This document shows positions 18,474 through 26,611 of a stretch of DNA of 64,000 nt, in pieces; position 1 is the first letter of the stretch, and every line of letters begins with the position of its first letter. The stretch is from an uncultured Bacteroidales bacterium. Its GTDB lineage: Bacteria; Bacteroidota; Bacteroidia; Bacteroidales; UBA932. Both the position numbers and the translations under genes were made by a program. A model generated the notes under the pieces. It was not told the DNA's origin. It saw only the letters and a list, made by a program, of their open reading frames with translations, and made no database searches. The stretch is taken from the NCBI GenBank assembly GCA_945939695.1, contig CAMEWE010000002.1, positions 42,880 to 106,879 on the forward strand. The letters run 5' to 3'.

Positions 18474-20849
18474 ATGGAAAAACTATTAAGAATTTTATGG
18501 ACTTTACTGATTCTGACTTTTTCAGTTTCAGCATATTCTCAAGATACGACTTCGGTAAAAGCACGTCCCAAGGTAGGCCTCGTGCTCTCTGGCGGAGGTG
18601 CAAAAGGTGCAGCTCATATCGGTGTACTGAAGTACATTGAGGAAGCGGGAATACCAATTGACTACATAGCTGGTACAAGTATGGGGTCAATAATCGGAGG
18701 AATGTATGCATTAGGTTATACTTCTGACGAGCTTCTTGACATCATCAGTTCAGTAGATTGGGACAGACTGATAAGCAATAATGTAGAAAGACGGAAGATA
18801 TCCTTTACCAGAAAGAGAGAAAGCAATACACAGAATATTACTATCCCTTTCTCAATTGATACAGACAAGGAGGAACTGCAGTCCAGATCCTTCAAGAATT
18901 CGCTGCCTACTGGAATCGTATCTGGAGATAATCTTATCAATCTATTCAATTCGCTTTCAGTAGGTTATTCCGACTCACTCAGTTTCAGAGATCTTCCTAT
19001 TCCATTTATATGCATAGCAACCAATCTGATGAACGGAGAAGCACAGATAATGGATAAGGGAATATTCTCAACTTCGCTCAGGGCATCAATGGCAATACCG
19101 ATCCTCTTCGATCCGGTAAAAATCAATGATGCATTGTATACAGACGGGGGTCTCGTATGCAATTTCCCAGCAGATCAATGTCGAGCCATGGGGGCTGATT
19201 ACATCATCGGTGTAAGCATGTCATCCGGACTTGAAGACAATCCCGAAAATATCAATTCAGTATTGTCACAGGTACAGCAGTTAAAGGAAATAATAACAGA
19301 CAAGGATTTCGACGAGTATCATAAGCTATGCGACATCTTCATCAGCCCAGACCTGAAAGGTGTCGGAATGCTTAGTTTCGATGCAGAGAGCATATACAAA
19401 GTAACACAGAGCGGTTATGAGGCAGCTGCCAGTCAGGAAGAAAAATTCAAGCAACTTAAGGCAATGATCCAGTCCTTTCCTGACAGTCTCGAGTGCAAAG
19501 ATGCTGACAAGGCTCTCAACATTCTTGAAGATGAAGTAACCATATCCGGGATTGAGTGGATCGGAGTCAATAACAGATATATCGAAAAATGGATGCGCAA
19601 CAAATGCACGATAAAGTCTGGGCAGAAGATCAATAAAGACGATATAGACGAAGTTGTATCATTATATTACGGCACAGGAGATTACAGCAGCGTTACATAT
19701 ACTCTTCATCGGGACCCTATAAGAACAGATGAATATACGTTGAGATTCAAATTCGCTGAAAAGCCTCCACATAATTTAGGTGCAGGAGTCCGTTTTGACT
19801 CACAGGACATGCTCTCGGCTCTTCTGCATCTTGGAGTAAACAGCAACCGCATGAACGGTTTTAAAGCTGATATAAAGACAAAGCTGGGTGAAAATCAATG
19901 GCTAAGCGCCAACATTTCATACGGCCATCTTCTCTACCCAAGAATCAATGTTTCGTATAATTTCAGAAACTCTGAACTTGATGCGTATGACATGGATGCC
20001 CTTGTGATGAATACAAAATTCCTGCAGCATAAGATCAGAGCATATCTTTCTGAAAATTATTTAAGGACAATCAGTTTCGGAGGTGGATTCGAGGCTGAAT
20101 TCCTCGACCCAAGAAAAGTCATGTACTTGAACCATGACACTGTCGAAGAGGATTACAATCATATAAATACGCTTGGCAGCTTTGCATATTTTCATTTTGA
20201 CAACCTGGACAGGACCTGTTTCGCTTCGAATGGAATGAAAGGCAAGATTGAATTCTCATGGAAGGACATGAAATTTTCAAAGAACGACACAGATGCTTTA
20301 GGTCTTGGGTCAGTAGTGTTTGGAATCGAGGGATACATCCCAGTTATCAAGGACAGACTGGTGCTGACACCCCAATTATATGGCAGTGTACTTTTCGGCA
20401 AAGGAGCGACCTGCGGCAAGAAGGACAGCTGGAACCCTATATTCAACGGTCCTGTGCCGGCCTACCCTACCATGAATAATATTGTCGGTGGCGCTGAAAT
20501 GGGAAGATATCTCGACCAACAGCTGCCTTTCATCGGGTTAAACAAGATCTCATTCGCATTCAACAACATTGCCATAGCCAGACTTGACATAAGGACACGC
20601 CTGTTCAGAAGCCATTACCTGACAGCAATAGTCAATTACGCACGTTCCAGCGTAGACTTGAAGAATTTTTTCAAGACAGATGACAAACTGCAGTGGGATA
20701 GTCTATATGATTATAACGCATCAAATTGGTGGGGAGCAGGCTTGAGATACTCGGTAGACACCAAAATAGGCCCGCTCAGTCTGGACATAAGTTCCTCAAA
20801 TTTATCACACAAGGTGAATCTATATTTCAGTATAGGCCACTTCTTCTAA
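18474..20849 (+). CDS. Patatin-like phospholipase with POTRA-like linker and C-terminal beta-barrel (PlpD-like)
   Basis: Signal peptide, GGGAKG, GTSMG, DGG. Amphipathic C-terminal strands end in YFSIGHFF. Confidence 0.85.
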   Translation: MEKLLRILWTLLILTFSVSAYSQDTTSVKARPKVGLVLSGGGAKGAAHIGVLKYIEEAGIPIDYIAGTSMGSIIGGMYALGYTSDELLDIISSVDWDRLISNNVERRKISFTRKRESNTQNITIPFSIDTDKEELQSRSFKNSLPTGIVSGDNLINLFNSLSVGYSDSLSFRDLPIPFICIATNLMNGEAQIMDKGIFSTSLRASMAIPILFDPVKINDALYTDGGLVCNFPADQCRAMGADYIIGVSMSSGLEDNPENINSVLSQVQQLKEIITDKDFDEYHKLCDIFISPDLKGVGMLSFDAESIYKVTQSGYEAAASQEEKFKQLKAMIQSFPDSLECKDADKALNILEDEVTISGIEWIGVNNRYIEKWMRNKCTIKSGQKINKDDIDEVVSLYYGTGDYSSVTYTLHRDPIRTDEYTLRFKFAEKPPHNLGAGVRFDSQDMLSALLHLGVNSNRMNGFKADIKTKLGENQWLSANISYGHLLYPRINVSYNFRNSELDAYDMDALVMNTKFLQHKIRAYLSENYLRTISFGGGFEAEFLDPRKVMYLNHDTVEEDYNHINTLGSFAYFHFDNLDRTCFASNGMKGKIEFSWKDMKFSKNDTDALGLGSVVFGIEGYIPVIKDRLVLTPQLYGSVLFGKGATCGKKDSWNPIFNGPVPAYPTMNNIVGGAEMGRYLDQQLPFIGLNKISFAFNNIAIARLDIRTRLFRSHYLTAIVNYARSSVDLKNFFKTDDKLQWDSLYDYNASNWWGAGLRYSVDTKIGPLSLDISSSNLSHKVNLYFSIGHFF

Positions 20850-21051
20850 AATAGAGCACCCTGCAAACTGCAAACAAGCCTATATGAATGACCAATGGAA
20901 CCGGCTTCAGAAACCGTATCAGTACAGAAGCACGACTACGCCAGACGAAGAACATCGGTGCAATAGTCGATGATCTTGTCACGATGAGTAATGAATATCA
21001 TCGTGTGATCCGGATGCTTACGAAAAATTTGTTTTCTTCATCCAAGAGTCG

Positions 21052-21059
21052 TAAATTTG
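21052..21059 (+). promoter_or_regulatory. -7 promoter box TAAATTTG, 4 nt before the GH3 ATG
   Basis: Exact TAnnTTTG match. Confidence 0.6.
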
Positions 21060-21063
21060 AGGT

Positions 21064-23358
21064 ATGAGGAAAAGATTTTATCAGACAGCTTTGCTTTGGC
21101 TTGCGTTGTCTTGCGTAGCCTGCACTCCCAAGTCCGAGATGGACCGTTTTGTCGATGATCTGATGGGACGTATGACCCTGGAACAGAAAATCGGACAGCT
21201 GAACCTCCATTCCGCTCCCGGCTTCATTTCTGCCGAGAAGGTGATGGAAGAGGATGAAAATATCAAACTGCTCAGGCAGGGACTTCTCGGTGGCTTATAC
21301 GGATCCGGAAATCCGGAGTTGCTGCGCCAGTGCCAGGAGATTGCTCTTGAATCCGGCGCCGGCATTCCGCTAATCTTCGGCATGGACGTCATTCACGGTT
21401 ATCAGACCGTGTTCCCGGTGCCACTGGCACTGTCCACATCCTGGAATATGGATTTGATCGAGAACTGCACGCGCATTGCTGCGAGTGAAGCAGCTGCGAG
21501 CGGCATCAACTGGGTGTTCAGCCCGATGGTGGATATATGCCGCGATGCGCGCTGGGGCAGAATTGTCGAAGGCGGCGGCGAAGATCCGTATCTCGGCGGA
21601 GAGATAGCGAAGGCTATGGTGTACGGATATCAGGGCCGGGATGAGGAATATGGCACCGACGAGCTTATGGCCTGCGTAAAGCACTATGCTCTCTACGGAG
21701 GAGCGGAAGCCGGACGCGACTACAACTCCGTGTTCCTGTCCCGTCAGGAAGCGCTCAACGGCTATATGCGCCCGTATATGAAGGCCGCCGAGGCTGGAGC
21801 TGCCAGCTATATGAGTTCGTTCAACGAGTTCGAGGGCATTCCTGCATCGATGAACTCTTACCTTATGCAGGAGCTTCTCAGGGATGACTGGGGATTCAAA
21901 GGCTTCATAGTATCCGATGCCACGGCCATTGCAGAAGAGGTGAACCACGGCATCGGCGATATGCAGGAGGTGTCCGCAAGGTCGCTGCAGGCCGGATTGG
22001 ATATGGATATGAACTCTGATGCCTATATCGGCACGTTGAAAAAATCCCTTGAGGAGGGGCGGATTGCGGAAGCGGACATAGACCGTGCCTGTCGCCGCAT
22101 ACTCGAAGCCAAGTACAAGCTCGGTCTCTTCGAAGATCCGTTCCGCTATCTGGATGCAGAAAGGTATGCAAACGCCGTATATACGGAGGAGAACCGCAAG
22201 GCATCCCGCGAAGCTGCCCGAGAGTGTCAGGTGCTGCTTAAGAATAACGGTGTCCTGCCGCTTTCCCGCGATGCCCGCATTGCTGTAGTAGGCCCGCTCG
22301 CAGACGACGCTGAATCGATGACAGGCTGCTGGTCGATGTCAAGCCACGGAAAGGAAAGCGTTACCATATGGCAGGGCATATCCGAGGTGGCCAAGGCCAG
22401 TCTGTCCGAGGGGTCCTGGCTTTTCAATGATGCCGAAATGGAGGAGAATGTCCTCTACAGCCTTGCCAAATCCTTTGTTCCCGGGTTCAAGGCTCCCGAT
22501 GTCCACAGCGTCAGCCAGAAGAGCCTGATTGCGGATGCCGTAGCAAAGGCCCGCCAGGCGGATGTCGTGGTGGCGTGCGTGGGAGAACACGCAAATATGA
22601 ACGGTGAGGGTTCATCCAGGTCGGATATTAGCCTTCCTGATGCCCAGAAAGAACTGCTCAGGGCGCTCAAGGCTACCGGCAAGCCTGTGGTGATGGTTCT
22701 TGTGACCGGCCGCCCTCTCGCACTTGTGGAGGAAGATGCCTCCATGGATGCCATACTGAATGTCTGGAGCCCTGGCTCCGAGGGTGGACACGCAGTAGCC
22801 GACATACTTTTCGGGGAGGTCTCCCCTTCAGCCAAACTGACTGCATCCTTCCCTCGCAGCGTGGGCCAGCTGCCTCTTTATTACAATCATAAGAACACAG
22901 GAAGGCCTCACCCTGACGATGCTGGGTATAAGAAGTTCGTCAGCTGCTACATGGATGAAATCAATGCCCCTCTGTATCCTTTCGGCTACGGTCTAAGCTA
23001 CACGACTTTCGAATACGGCCCTGTCAGCCTGAGTTCTGCGGAAATGCCTTTGGACGGTTCTGTCATAGCGTCCGTACAGGTCAGCAACAGGGGTAAGTTC
23101 GACGCAGATGAGATAGTCCAGCTCTATATTCACGACATTTACGCCAGCTCCACCCGCCCTGTCAAGGAACTCAAGGGCTTCCGCAAGCTGCACATTCCGG
23201 CTGGGGAATCCGTTCAGGTGGATTTCACCATAACTGCTGAAGAGCTGTCGTTCTATAACCACGATCTTGAATGGGTGTGCGAGGCCGGTGATTTTGAAAT
23301 CATGCTCGGACCGAACAGCCGAGACGTTCAGAAACTCACTTTGAAAATAATTGATTGA
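21064..23358 (+). CDS. bglX: GH3 beta-glucosidase (BglX-like), predicted lipoprotein
   Basis: MTLEQKIGQL, DVIHG, RDARWGR, CVKHYA, IVSD nucleophile, PLYPFGYGLSYT, Fn3-like C-terminus. Lipobox VAC. Confidence 0.92.
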   Translation: MRKRFYQTALLWLALSCVACTPKSEMDRFVDDLMGRMTLEQKIGQLNLHSAPGFISAEKVMEEDENIKLLRQGLLGGLYGSGNPELLRQCQEIALESGAGIPLIFGMDVIHGYQTVFPVPLALSTSWNMDLIENCTRIAASEAAASGINWVFSPMVDICRDARWGRIVEGGGEDPYLGGEIAKAMVYGYQGRDEEYGTDELMACVKHYALYGGAEAGRDYNSVFLSRQEALNGYMRPYMKAAEAGAASYMSSFNEFEGIPASMNSYLMQELLRDDWGFKGFIVSDATAIAEEVNHGIGDMQEVSARSLQAGLDMDMNSDAYIGTLKKSLEEGRIAEADIDRACRRILEAKYKLGLFEDPFRYLDAERYANAVYTEENRKASREAARECQVLLKNNGVLPLSRDARIAVVGPLADDAESMTGCWSMSSHGKESVTIWQGISEVAKASLSEGSWLFNDAEMEENVLYSLAKSFVPGFKAPDVHSVSQKSLIADAVAKARQADVVVACVGEHANMNGEGSSRSDISLPDAQKELLRALKATGKPVVMVLVTGRPLALVEEDASMDAILNVWSPGSEGGHAVADILFGEVSPSAKLTASFPRSVGQLPLYYNHKNTGRPHPDDAGYKKFVSCYMDEINAPLYPFGYGLSYTTFEYGPVSLSSAEMPLDGSVIASVQVSNRGKFDADEIVQLYIHDIYASSTRPVKELKGFRKLHIPAGESVQVDFTITAEELSFYNHDLEWVCEAGDFEIMLGPNSRDVQKLTLKIID

Positions 23359-23382
23359 CACCATTTTAATTAATCTCTATTT

Positions 23383-24513
23383 ATGAAAAGAATCATTAGC
23401 TTACTTGTCGCATCAGTATTCGCGACAACAGCGCTCAACGCGCAGGAACTTGCCAACTTCGCTTTCGGAGGACGCAAGCCTATTGTGTCCCCTGAGGTGC
23501 AGAATGACAGTGTAACCTTCCGTCTGAAGGCTGACTATGCCACGGTGGTGAAGCTTTCCGCTTCCTGGCTGGGATACCAGAATATTGTAGAACTCACCAG
23601 GGGTGAGGGCAATGTCTGGTCAGTTACTCTTCCTGCACCTTCACCGGAGATCTATACCTACAACTTCATTGTTGACGGAACTTCCGTGAACGACCCTAGC
23701 AACGTGCTCGTGCAGAGGGATGGAACCCGCTACCTGAGCATGCTCCTCATCGACGGTGAGCTTTCGGAGAATTATAAGGAGGCAAACCAGAGAGGTTCTG
23801 TCACCCATATGTGGTATGACAGCGAGATACTCGGGATCAACCGCCGTCTCACCGTATATACCCCGTACGGCTATGAGGCCAACAAGAAGGCCAAGTATCC
23901 GGTGCTCTATCTTCTCCACGGTGCAGGCGGAGACGAGGAGGCCTGGACTTCCATGGGTCGCGCAGCCCAGATTCTCGACAATCTTATCGAGAAAGGTCTG
24001 GCAAAGCCTATGATTGTGGTTATGCCTAACGGCAACCCTAACCAGCAGGCGGCAGTTACCCTCAACCTCCCTACAAGCAAGATGAATTATCGTGATCCGG
24101 CTAATGCCAATGCATATGTAAGGAGCCTCTGCGAGGAAATCGTTCCATTCATCGAGAAGAATTTCCGCGCAATCCCTAAGCCTGAGTCACGCGCTATCGC
24201 CGGACTCTCGATGGGCGGCGGACACACCATCGCGGCTTCAACCCTCTATCCTCAGCTCTTCGACTATATTTGCCCGCTTTCAGCAGCAGGCAATATGACT
24301 GTGGAGCAGGCTCAGGCGCTGAAGAAGGCTGGCGTGAAACTCTACTGGATAGGTTGCGGACGTGAAGACTTCCTCTTCGAGGGCAACAATAAACTTGATG
24401 CAGTGCTCACTGAGGCCGGCCTGGAGCACACCTATTACGTGAATGGAGGCGGCCACGTCTGGTTCAACTGGAGACAGTATCTCAACATCTTCGCCCAGTT
24501 GCTTTTCAAATAG
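23383..24513 (+). CDS. Carbohydrate esterase family 1 with N-terminal CBM48-like domain
   Basis: YTYNFIVDG..V.DP, YPVLYLLHGAGGDE, AIAGLSMGG, GGHVW. Signal peptide. Confidence 0.85.
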   Translation: MKRIISLLVASVFATTALNAQELANFAFGGRKPIVSPEVQNDSVTFRLKADYATVVKLSASWLGYQNIVELTRGEGNVWSVTLPAPSPEIYTYNFIVDGTSVNDPSNVLVQRDGTRYLSMLLIDGELSENYKEANQRGSVTHMWYDSEILGINRRLTVYTPYGYEANKKAKYPVLYLLHGAGGDEEAWTSMGRAAQILDNLIEKGLAKPMIVVMPNGNPNQQAAVTLNLPTSKMNYRDPANANAYVRSLCEEIVPFIEKNFRAIPKPESRAIAGLSMGGGHTIAASTLYPQLFDYICPLSAAGNMTVEQAQALKKAGVKLYWIGCGREDFLFEGNNKLDAVLTEAGLEHTYYVNGGGHVWFNWRQYLNIFAQLLFK

Positions 24514-24523
24514 CAAATCAGAG

Positions 24524-24554
24524 AGGGTGATTGGTCAGCCAGTCACCCTTTTTT
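24524..24554 (+). terminator. Intrinsic terminator after the esterase
   Basis: AGGGTGATTGG-TCAG-CCAGTCACCCT followed by a T-run. Confidence 0.75.
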
Positions 24555-24575
24555 ATTGCTTGGCAGCCTGTTCTA

Positions 24576-25487
24576 TTAAGGCTGTGACTGATTGCGGCGT
24601 CCCGGCTTGAGTATCATAAAGATGACAGAGGCAATGCAGATTGCGATGCCGCAGCACATACGCGGCGTGAAAGGCTCTGCGAAGACGGTAGTGCCCACCA
24701 GAATGGCTGTGATAGGCTCGAATACTCCCAGCACGGAGGTTTTGGTTGGCCCTATGTACCGGGATGAAATCGCCAGAGCGAGCAGGGCAATAAGGGTAGG
24801 GAAGACGGCAAGTCCCAGGAGACGGGCGGCATCAGCCCACGAACCCAGACCCCGTATAAAGCAATCTCCTTCCCGCAGGCACTCGGCGGACCTGAGACAG
24901 GCGAACACCAGGGTGCCGAAAATCAGCACATAGAGGGTGAGCCTGTCCTCGGCAATGTTACGGAGACGCTTGCTCCGGTTGACGATGATCAGGTATGCTG
25001 AGTAGCTCAGGGCGGACAGGATGGCCAGAGCTATGCCGGGGAGTTTGATTTCTGCCCCGTCGGAGGGGCTGGACAGCAGGCATATGCCGCCAAAGGTGGT
25101 GACAATAGAGAGCCAGGTCTGCCAACTGGGGTAAAACCTCATCAGGGCCATGATAAGCGCCACGAATACGGGGTAGAGGTACACCAGAGTCGTGGCCAGT
25201 CCGGAGGGAATGAAAAGGTACGAGGCAAAGAGGAAAGCGCTGCTGCAGGCAAAGAGTACGCCGAGTGTGGCGAGTTGGGGCAGTTCCCTCCATTTCACGC
25301 GCAGTTTTTCCTTGCGTGCGGCCATCAGTACAATGATGAGAATGACGGAAAACAGATACCTGAACAAGAGCATCACCGTCACAGGCATCCCCTCGTCTAT
25401 GAGAGGCTTTGCGAAAAGCGGATTGAGTCCATATGATGCCCCCGCTGCGATTCCTGCAGAATAACCTATGATTCTTCTGTCAATCAA
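24576..25487 (-). CDS. DMT/EamA family transporter
   Basis: About 10 hydrophobic segments in two EamA repeats (SYGLNPLF, LVYLYPVFVA, LGVFEPITA). TTG start. Confidence 0.88.
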   Translation of the reverse strand: MIDRRIIGYSAGIAAGASYGLNPLFAKPLIDEGMPVTVMLLFRYLFSVILIIVLMAARKEKLRVKWRELPQLATLGVLFACSSAFLFASYLFIPSGLATTLVYLYPVFVALIMALMRFYPSWQTWLSIVTTFGGICLLSSPSDGAEIKLPGIALAILSALSYSAYLIIVNRSKRLRNIAEDRLTLYVLIFGTLVFACLRSAECLREGDCFIRGLGSWADAARLLGLAVFPTLIALLALAISSRYIGPTKTSVLGVFEPITAILVGTTVFAEPFTPRMCCGIAICIASVIFMILKPGRRNQSQP

Positions 25488-25631
25488 GTTTGGCTTTTTT
25501 GAAAACCCTGTTTCTCTGAATTCTTATGAACAGTTCTGCCTTGTCCATGGATACATTGAAATTTCTCAAAATTACGAATTCTCTTCATAACTTGCAAATA
25601 TTTCCGACAAAGATGGAGTGGAGCTGTCTTG

Positions 25632-25663
25632 TTTGTGGAAGAGTCAAATAATTGCTATATTTG
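25632..25663 (+). promoter_or_regulatory. Promoter of the kinase/AAA/FHA/PP2C operon: TTTG (-33) and TATATTTG (-7)
   Basis: TTTG at 25632-25635, 20-nt spacer, TATATTTG at 25656-25663, 24 nt before ATG 25688. Confidence 0.7.
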
Positions 25664-25687
25664 TAGATAAGGCATATTGAACGGTAC

Positions 25688-26608
25688 ATGAACTTTGTTA
25701 TGGCAGATGATATCAGGACCAGGCAGCGCACACGTGAAGAGGCTCAGGCTGCCGTGAAACAGCAGACTGAAGAGGGGACTCCCTTCGGAAAATGTCCCAA
25801 ATGCGGAGCCCCTACGGTTCCGGACTTTGAGCTTTGCCCGAATTGCGGGGCGAAGCTGGTGGATTATTGTACCTTCTGCGGTGCCATGATGGGTCCTGAT
25901 GATATGGACTGCCCGGAGTGCGGAATGCCGTCGGAGGGGATGGAGTGCCCCGATTGCAAGATAATCAATTACCGTCCTTTCTGCCGAGCCTGTGGAAGAC
26001 CCCTTTCCCGGGCTGCCCGAAAAGCTGTGGAAAAAGCTAAGATGGATCCTAAGGTGCGTGAGGCGGCCAGGGCAATGGTGCGTATTTCCGAGCTTCAGGC
26101 AGAATTGGATTCAGCAGCTTGTAAAGAAGAATGTGCTGAAAATCAAGAACCTACGGAAGGGAAACTCCGCCTTGATGAACTTATGTCCAAGGTGGGATTC
26201 ACGACGGCGGACATGCCATCTGCGAAGCGCAGGAAGATGGGCCGCAGCCGTGAGGAAGTGATGGCCGAGTACGCCAGGGCGGTGGAAGAAGCCAACAGGA
26301 TTTTCGAGGAGATGCTGCCTCCGGCCGGAATGACACCCCAGGAGCAGCGCAATTATTACACTGCCAGAAAGGTGGCCGTGATGGAGACAATAGAAGAAAG
26401 CTGGTATGAAGTTACGGTGAGCGTGGGAATGTACTGGGAGTGCAACAAGTGCCATGTCAAACACAATAATCCATCCGAATGTTATGTGCGCGAGTTTGGA
26501 GGCAAATGGATTCAGGACAAGATTACCAGGGTGGTGCCGGAAGGAACCCCTGGGGCAGTTAAATATACCAAGGTTGTGGGAGAGAGAAAGGTATACAAAA
26601 GAGAGTAG
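25688..26608 (+). CDS. Multi-zinc-ribbon (DZR-type) hypothetical protein
   Basis: Six CxxC motifs (CPKC, CPNC, CTFC, CPEC, CPDC, CRAC), a charged helical middle and a further CNKC-H-C cluster. Confidence 0.8.
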   Translation: MNFVMADDIRTRQRTREEAQAAVKQQTEEGTPFGKCPKCGAPTVPDFELCPNCGAKLVDYCTFCGAMMGPDDMDCPECGMPSEGMECPDCKIINYRPFCRACGRPLSRAARKAVEKAKMDPKVREAARAMVRISELQAELDSAACKEECAENQEPTEGKLRLDELMSKVGFTTADMPSAKRRKMGRSREEVMAEYARAVEEANRIFEEMLPPAGMTPQEQRNYYTARKVAVMETIEESWYEVTVSVGMYWECNKCHVKHNNPSECYVREFGGKWIQDKITRVVPEGTPGAVKYTKVVGERKVYKRE

Positions 26609-26611
26609 ATT

